Assembly (NCBI GenBank): GCA_034660735.1 | Contig: JAYEJQ010000056.1 | Location: 1-41,361, forward strand | Direction of reading: 5' to 3' | Source of the DNA: Patescibacteria group bacterium | Lineage (GTDB): Bacteria > Patescibacteriota > Patescibacteriia > JAACEG01 | DNA: 41,361 nt | Shown: one piece after another, positions 36,371 through 41,361 of the stretch | Numbering within the stretch: position 1 is the first letter of the stretch | How the letters are laid out: each line of letters begins with the position of its first letter | Notes under the pieces: generated by a model | The model's input: only the letters and a program-made list of their open reading frames with translations | Database searches by the model: none | What the model was told of the DNA's origin: nothing | Made by a program: the position numbers and the translations under genes

Positions 36371-36536
36371 GTAAATTGACATATTTTTTATCTGTGATAA
36401 TCTTTAATTGTAAGTTTAATAATCAATCATATTCTCAAGGATAAACTCCTCCCTATAATAGGGCAATAGAGAATAGAAGTTGTTTTTTTATTATTTAATT
36501 TTTTGAATATAAAAAAATAAAAAAAGGAGAAAATTT

Positions 36537-37250
36537 ATGACAAAAATACCAGACACTTTAAAGATGTTAAAAGCAGGGTTGCATTTCGGGCATCGCTCCT
36601 CAAAATGGCATCCTAAAATGAAACCTTATATCTTTACAACTCGTAATGATATACACATCATTGATTTAGAAAAAACAAGAAAGGCGCTAAAAAATGCCTG
36701 TGAATTTATTGAAGATTTATCAGCAAAAGACGGTGTTATCCTATTTTTAGGAAGCAAGCCACAGATTAAAGAGTTAGTAAGAAAAAAAGCGATAGAAGCG
36801 AATTCTCCATCTGTTGTAGATCGCTGGCTTGGCGGAACCATTACTAATTTCTTTATTATTTCTCAAGTTATAAATAAATATAACAATCTAAAAAAAGAGA
36901 AGGAGGATGGCGGATGGGACGAAAAATATACTAAAAAAGAACAGGTTGTATTAAGAAAAGAAGTAGAAAGGCTTGAAAAAAAAGTCGGGGGAATAAAAAA
37001 TTTAAAAAAAATCCCTGACGCTATTTTTATAATTGACTGCAAGAACGAAAAAACAGCTTTAAACGAAGCAAAATTAAAAAAAGTCCCTGTTATCGCTTTA
37101 TGTGATACAAACATCAATCCAGATGGCATTGATTATGTAATTCCAGGAAATGACGATTCCATTAAAGGCATAGAGATGATTTTGGGTTTAGTGGTTGAAG
37201 CTATTAAAAATGGGCGGAATAAACCTATTAATCAAAAAAATAATAAATAG
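36537..37250 (+). CDS. rpsB: 30S ribosomal protein S2
   Basis: LKAGLHFGH, IHIIDL motifs. Strong SD aaaggag. Confidence 0.92.
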   Translation: MTKIPDTLKMLKAGLHFGHRSSKWHPKMKPYIFTTRNDIHIIDLEKTRKALKNACEFIEDLSAKDGVILFLGSKPQIKELVRKKAIEANSPSVVDRWLGGTITNFFIISQVINKYNNLKKEKEDGGWDEKYTKKEQVVLRKEVERLEKKVGGIKNLKKIPDAIFIIDCKNEKTALNEAKLKKVPVIALCDTNINPDGIDYVIPGNDDSIKGIEMILGLVVEAIKNGRNKPINQKNNK

Positions 37251-37430
37251 ACTTGTCGCATAATAACTTTTTACTGCGATTTTCCCTCCAAAGGAGGACA
37301 GGCATATTTTGGTCAAATTTTTTATCCACCCTATCGCGAGAAGGGGGATGAAATATTTGCCTCAAAATCTGAAAATCTCGCGGAATTTATCCCGTATTCG
37401 CTACGGGGAAATTTATTATGCGACAGGTCT
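37249..37430 (+). mobile_element. Family-B MITE-like element, full-length reference copy (182 bp, 18-bp TIRs)
   Basis: agacttgtcgcataataa ... ttattatgcgacaggtct (17/18 inverted match). Internal hairpins ccct-atcgcgaga-aggg and cccgta-ttcgc-tacggg. The first two bases are the AG of the rpsB TAG stop codon. Confidence 0.75.
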
Positions 37431-37454
37431 AATAATTTTATTTCAAATAAATTT

Positions 37455-38228
37455 ATGATGGAAAAAATTAAAAAATTAAGAGGAATCACTGGCGCTGGTA
37501 TTGTTGATTGCAAAAGCGCGCTTAGCGAAGCAGAAGGAGATATTGATAAAGCCGTTGATTATTTAAGAAAAAAAGGCGCGATTAAAGCGGCCAAAAAAGC
37601 AGATCGCGAAACAAATGAAGGCTTAACCGCCATAGCTATGTCTGATGATAATAAAAAAGCCAGTATAATTAAGATTTACTGCGAAACTGATTTTGTGGCG
37701 CGAAATGAAGATTTTATCAATTTTGTAAAAGATATTGCCGAACGCGGTTTATCAGAAAGCGCGGAAGAATATTTTAATGGCAAGAAAGAAGAAATGATTT
37801 TAAAAATCGGAGAAAATATAACTTTCGGCGAAAGCAAAATAATAGAAGGCGAATATCTTGCCTCTTATATTCATTCAAATAAAAAAGTCGCGAGTGTTGT
37901 TAGTTTTAATAAAACCATAGACGAAGCAACAGCAAAAGATATCGCGATGCAGGTTGTAGCGATGAATCCGTCTTTTATAAGTCCTGACGAAGTTCCAGAA
38001 AGCGAGAAAGAAAAAGAAAAAGAGATTTATCGCGAGCAACTATTGAAACAAGGAAAACCAGAAAATATAATTGACAATATTTTAATCGGAAAAATCAATA
38101 AATACTGCGAGGAGATCTGCCTATTAAAACAGCCTTTTATTAAAGACGACAAAAAAATAGTTGAGCAGATTTTAAAAGAAGCAGACGTTGACGCTAAAAT
38201 CGTTAAGTTCATAAAATGCGAGTTGTAA
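37455..38228 (+). CDS. tsf: Elongation factor Ts
   Basis: KLRGITGAGIVDCKSAL N-terminal UBA-like domain; CETDFVARNEDF. Confidence 0.92.
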   Translation: MMEKIKKLRGITGAGIVDCKSALSEAEGDIDKAVDYLRKKGAIKAAKKADRETNEGLTAIAMSDDNKKASIIKIYCETDFVARNEDFINFVKDIAERGLSESAEEYFNGKKEEMILKIGENITFGESKIIEGEYLASYIHSNKKVASVVSFNKTIDEATAKDIAMQVVAMNPSFISPDEVPESEKEKEKEIYREQLLKQGKPENIIDNILIGKINKYCEEICLLKQPFIKDDKKIVEQILKEADVDAKIVKFIKCEL

Positions 38229-38238
38229 AATTAAAATT

Positions 38239-38511
38239 ATGAAAAAATCATTAAAATTATTTAAAAATTTTTTTGGTGAAATTATATTGACAATCGGAAC
38301 AGGAATATTTTTTTATAATATTTTTAATTTTTCTAATAAAATACAGTGTGAAAAGGCTGGTTCAATTGGTAGAAATAGAGCAGGCAATGAGTTAGCAGAC
38401 AATTTAGATTGTGTAGTGGCGTATCATTATAATTCGGATGTTTTATTATTAATTTCTATTGGAGTAATGCTAATTGTTGCTGGAATTTTAATAATTAGAA
38501 ACAAAAAATAA
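38239..38511 (+). CDS. Small two-TM membrane protein
   Basis: 90 aa with hydrophobic N- and C-terminal segments. No recognisable family. Confidence 0.4.
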   Translation: MKKSLKLFKNFFGEIILTIGTGIFFYNIFNFSNKIQCEKAGSIGRNRAGNELADNLDCVVAYHYNSDVLLLISIGVMLIVAGILIIRNKK

Positions 38512-38514
38512 AAA

Positions 38515-38610
38515 TTGTCATCCTGAATTTAGTTCAGGACCTGCCCGATTGCCTTGCATTAAGGCGGACTGGTCTGTCACTACTTATCGCTAAATTATAA
38601 TCAAATTATT
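38515..38610 (+). mobile_element. Family-A element, copy A6 (left half)
   Basis: ttgtcatcctgaatttagttcaggacctgcccgattgccttgcattaaggcggactggtctgtcactac. Shares its interior with A1 (1741-1790). Confidence 0.6.
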
Positions 38611-38646
38611 AAATATTGATTTTATAATTTTGTAAATTTTAAAAAT

Positions 38647-38871
38647 ATGAAAAGTTCATTTTTCACAATATATATTGAACAAGACGAAGATGGAACATTT
38701 ATCGGATCTATCCCGTCTATCCCAAGTTGCTACGCGCAAGGAGAGACACAAGAAGAAATGCTTAAAAATTTACGGCAAGTCTTTAGACTTTGCGTTAGAA
38801 ATACAAATTTTTTAGAATCACCCAAGACTAAATTTATTGGAATACAAAATTTAAAATTATCGTATGCCTAA
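38647..38871 (+). CDS. hicB: HicB-family antitoxin (short, N-terminal domain only)
   Basis: 74 aa. FTIYIEQDEDGTFIGSIPSIPSCYAQGETQEEMLKNLRQ is the typical HicB/UPF0150 fold pattern. 8-nt overlap with hicA. Confidence 0.7.
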   Translation: MKSSFFTIYIEQDEDGTFIGSIPSIPSCYAQGETQEEMLKNLRQVFRLCVRNTNFLESPKTKFIGIQNLKLSYA

Positions 38872-39097
38872 ACTTATTCCGATTAAATTTAAAAGGTTTG
38901 TTAAAATTCTTAATAAACTTGGGTTTTCAAAACGCGACGCGGAAGGATCACATATATTTTTTAAACATTTAGACGGACGGACAACAGTCGTTCCAAATTG
39001 TAAAAAAGACATAAGCAAAGGGCTTCTTAAAAAAATATTAAATGACATTAAATTATCTGTTGAAGAATATGAAAAATTAAGAAGAAAAAATATATAA
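38864..39097 (+). CDS. hicA: HicA-family mRNA interferase toxin
   Basis: 77 aa. FVKILNKLGF...GSHIFFKH..GRTTVVPN..KDISKGLLKKILNDI pattern. Confidence 0.75.
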   Translation: MPKLIPIKFKRFVKILNKLGFSKRDAEGSHIFFKHLDGRTTVVPNCKKDISKGLLKKILNDIKLSVEEYEKLRRKNI

Positions 39098-39102
39098 TTT
39101 TT

Positions 39103-39807
39103 ATGAAATATAAACGAGTGCTTTTAAAAATTTCAGGCGAGATGTTCGCAGGTAAAAAAGATACTGGTATTGATTTTGATGCTGTTAAAATTGTCGCGCG
39201 AGAAATAGCCGCAATTCGTAAATTAGGCGCTCAAGTTGCTATAGTTGTCGGCGGAGGAAATATTTTTCGCGGACGATTTGTAAGAGATAAAGAAATTGAC
39301 AGAGCGACAGCGGATTATATGGGGATGGTTTCAACGATGCCGAACGCGCTTGCGTTGCAAGGAATTTTAGAGAGAGAAGAAAAAATTGACACAAGAGTTC
39401 AATCAGCAATTACAATGATGGAAGTTTCAGAACCGTATATTCGCCGTCGCGGAATCAGGCATTTAGAAAAAAATAGAGTTATTATTTTAGCATGCGGATC
39501 TGGTAATCCATATTTTACAACAGATACAGCTGCGTCTTTAAGAGCGTTGGAATTACGATGTGATGTTATTTTAAAAATAACAAAAGTTGACGGAGTTTAT
39601 TCATCTGATCCTGAAAAAAATAAAAAAGCGAAAAAATTTAGCAAACTTTCATTTAAACAAGCATTATTAAAAAATCTGCGAATAATGGACTTGACTGCTT
39701 TTACTCTTTGTATGGATAATAACCTGCCAATTTTAGTTTTTAAATTTGACAGCAACAACCTAAAAAAAGTTATTCAAGGGGAAAAAATCGGGACATTAAT
39801 TTATTAA
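39103..39807 (+). CDS. pyrH: UMP kinase
   Basis: KRVLLKISGE, VVGGGNIFRG, YFTTDTAA, KVDGVYS.DP motifs. Confidence 0.93.
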   Translation: MKYKRVLLKISGEMFAGKKDTGIDFDAVKIVAREIAAIRKLGAQVAIVVGGGNIFRGRFVRDKEIDRATADYMGMVSTMPNALALQGILEREEKIDTRVQSAITMMEVSEPYIRRRGIRHLEKNRVIILACGSGNPYFTTDTAASLRALELRCDVILKITKVDGVYSSDPEKNKKAKKFSKLSFKQALLKNLRIMDLTAFTLCMDNNLPILVFKFDSNNLKKVIQGEKIGTLIY

Positions 39808-39882
39808 AATATTTAAACATTCTAACAGTTAAACATCTTAACATTTTTTAAATTTTTTGTTATCGTGTTAATATGATATTAT

Positions 39883-40677
39883 ATGCAAATCGCCGAAGTT
39901 CAATTTTACCCATGGGATAAAGTCTATGATTTTAATATAGGCAACAACAATGTTATTATTAAAGATAAAGTTATAGTGCAAACGGAAATAGGAATAGAGA
40001 TTGGGGAAATTAAAAATATTAAAAATATAGATGAGAGTTTAATGGATATTGGCAGAATTAAAACAATTCTAAGAAAAGCCAATAAAATTGATCGGCAAAA
40101 AGCGGATGAAAAACAAAAAAAAGCAAAAGAAGCGATAAAATATTGCAAACAAATTGCTGAGGAATACAATTTACCGATCAAAATAGTATGCGCGTATCTT
40201 TCTTTTGATAATAGCCGCCTTCTTTTCGTGTTTACGGCCGAAGGCAGAATTGATTTTCGCGAATTAGTTAAAAAATTGACTAAGCATTTTCAAAAATCTA
40301 TTAGAATGCAGCAGATTGGAACAAGAGACGAGGCGAGAACGGCTGGCGGATTAGGTTTTTGCGGAAGAGAATTTTGCTGTATGAGGATGCTTAAAAAGAT
40401 TGATAATATTCATTCGGATTTATTAAGATTGCAGCAATTAGAAAATAAAGCGTCAGAGAGGGTATCTGGATGCTGTGGCAGATTGTTGTGTTGCTTATCT
40501 TATGAACAGAAAGCGTATGAAAAATGTTTAAAGGGTATGCCAAAAATAGGAGATATTGTAAAATATGAAAGAAAAAAGATGACAGTCGTAGGAACGCAAA
40601 TTTTAAACAGAATAGTCAAAATTAAAGACAGTGAAAAAAACATTATTGCGGTTCCTGTTGACAAAATTCAGCAATAA
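39883..40677 (+). CDS. PSP1 domain protein (YaaT/RicT-like)
   Basis: 264 aa. IRMQQIGTRDEAR and Cys-rich GFCGREFCC...SGCCGRLLCCLSYE. Confidence 0.8.
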   Translation: MQIAEVQFYPWDKVYDFNIGNNNVIIKDKVIVQTEIGIEIGEIKNIKNIDESLMDIGRIKTILRKANKIDRQKADEKQKKAKEAIKYCKQIAEEYNLPIKIVCAYLSFDNSRLLFVFTAEGRIDFRELVKKLTKHFQKSIRMQQIGTRDEARTAGGLGFCGREFCCMRMLKKIDNIHSDLLRLQQLENKASERVSGCCGRLLCCLSYEQKAYEKCLKGMPKIGDIVKYERKKMTVVGTQILNRIVKIKDSEKNIIAVPVDKIQQ

Positions 40678-40701
40678 TCTAAGATTATTAAATAAGTTTA
40701 T

Positions 40702-40777
40702 TCTGAGATAGCTCAATTGGTAGAGCAACTGGCTGTTAACCAGTAGGTTGTGGGTTCGAGTCCCACTCTCAGAGCCA
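40702..40777 (+). tRNA. tRNA-Asn (GTT), CCA encoded
   Basis: Manual cloverleaf: tctgaga/tctcaga, anticodon loop ctgttaa, gtgggttcgagtcccac, then g-cca. Confidence 0.9.
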
Positions 40778-40827
40778 AATAATTTTTAATTAAGGGATTG
40801 CGCTTAGTGGCAGCCCGAAATATTTAT

Positions 40828-40950
40828 ATGGCAAAAAGAAGCACTGGGATTGGGAATAGAAAAAAATCTCATTCTCATAAAACAGCAAAACGACTTGAAA
40901 TTAAGCGGCTTATGCTTGAAGAAAAGGCTAATAAAAAAAATCGTAAATAA
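40828..40950 (+). CDS. Possible small basic protein (40 aa)
   Basis: Hand-translated MAKRSTGIGNRKKSHSHKTAKRLEIKRLMLEEKANKKNRK. Below the ORF-track cut-off. No family recognised. Confidence 0.25.
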   Translation: MAKRSTGIGNRKKSHSHKTAKRLEIKRLMLEEKANKKNRK

Positions 40951-41152
40951 AATTTTACAACAATAAAAAAATAACTCTTTTAATAGGGTTATTTTTTATT
41001 TATAATAAAAAATATCATAATACTTGCGTAAAAGAGTTAATTTTATTAGAATAAATAAAAAATTCTTTTGTACTCATCTTGTATATTTTCTTGATTTTTT
41101 GCTTAAAAAGAGTAAGATAGGGGTATAATTTAAGTTTTTAATTTTTTGTCCA

Positions 41153-41361
41153 ATGAGCAATTTTATAACTAATGGTAAAACAGACAATTTAAAAAACCGT
41201 TTAGTAGAACTTATTTCTAAAAGCGAGGAGCTGAAATTTTTAGTCGGCTTTTTTTATTTTTCCGGAATTACTGAATTGTATTCATCTTTAAAGGAAAAAG
41301 AAGGAGATATAAAATTAAGAATATTGGTTGGACTTGAGGTAGATAATCTTCTTTCTGGAAT
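41153..41361 (+). CDS. N-terminus of a large protein, read as PLD-like / helicase-associated from memory only (truncated by the window end)
   Basis: MSNFITNGKTDNLKNRLVELISKSEELKFLVGFFYFSGITELYSSLKEKEGDIKLRILVGLEV. This pattern resembles N-terminal PLD-like domains fused to SNF2/DEAD helicases as I recall them. No catalytic motif is visible in the 69 codons present. Confidence 0.45.
   Translation, partial: MSNFITNGKTDNLKNRLVELISKSEELKFLVGFFYFSGITELYSSLKEKEGDIKLRILVGLEVDNLLSG

Noticed and set aside
36371-36536. ttgaca at 36376 as the rpsB promoter, and the attctc...gagaat stem as an S2 autoregulatory leader
   Set aside because: The best -10-like hexamer (gataat) is only 14 nt from the -35. 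The stem plus T-run may equally be the dnaJ terminator. This is too ambiguous to call.
8232-40181. Numerous antisense or off-frame track ORFs inside well-supported genes (e.g. 8232-8429, 9392-9622, 11871-12245, 12418-12684, 15799-16119, 18026-18373, 26674-27021, 27780-28112, 28738-29133, 31106-31411, 34400-34693, 36064-36321, 39924-40181)
   Set aside because: Each is fully embedded opposite or out of frame within a gene that has strong family signatures, and each has a low-complexity translation.
41091-41129. Promoter upstream of the terminal partial ORF (ttgatt / ttgctt with tataat at 41124-41129)
   Set aside because: Spacing to either -35 candidate is 27 or 19 nt, outside the usual 16-18 nt range.

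Overview
AT-rich, tightly packed bacterial window using the standard code (secG ends in TGA). The gene content and heavily interrupted rRNA look like a reduced-genome Patescibacteria/CPR-type organism; that placement is inference. Layout: (1) 1-4350 is the 3' two-thirds of a 23S rRNA gene, about 4.2 kb for a region that is about 2.3 kb in E. coli. It carries at least eight helix insertions plus a group I intron with a LAGLIDADG endonuclease ORF in the peptidyl-transferase centre. 5S rRNA and tRNA-Tyr follow. (2) secG, an orphan family-5 solute-binding protein, tRNA-Val, a truncated tRNA-Asp-like copy and tRNA-Asp. (3) A very AT-rich islet holding a lone viperin-like radical SAM gene. (4) Housekeeping genes: dksA-like, LysM-M23 peptidase, trxA, pepA, leuD, leuB. 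(5) A minus-strand module of ADH synthase, DHQ synthase II, aspartate kinase and asd, i.e. the archaeal-type entry into the shikimate pathway. (6) ilvB, dus, ispH, ispG, murA. (7) A CIRCE-controlled hrcA-grpE-hsp20-dnaK-DUF3467-dnaJ locus interrupted by a Fic module. (8) rpsB-tsf-(hicBA)-pyrH, a PSP1 gene, tRNA-Asn, and the first 69 codons of a protein whose N-terminus I read, by recall only, as PLD-like/helicase-associated. The most unusual feature is non-coding. Several families of structured, MITE-like palindromic elements are spread through the window with no transposase in view. One 135-137 nt hairpin sits at three different sites in the 23S rRNA. A second family occurs both inside a 23S helix and in intergenic spacers. 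A third has 18-bp terminal inverted repeats, also occurs as bare 20-bp end-to-end palindromes, and abuts stop and start codons. No CRISPR array, integrase or transposase was seen.
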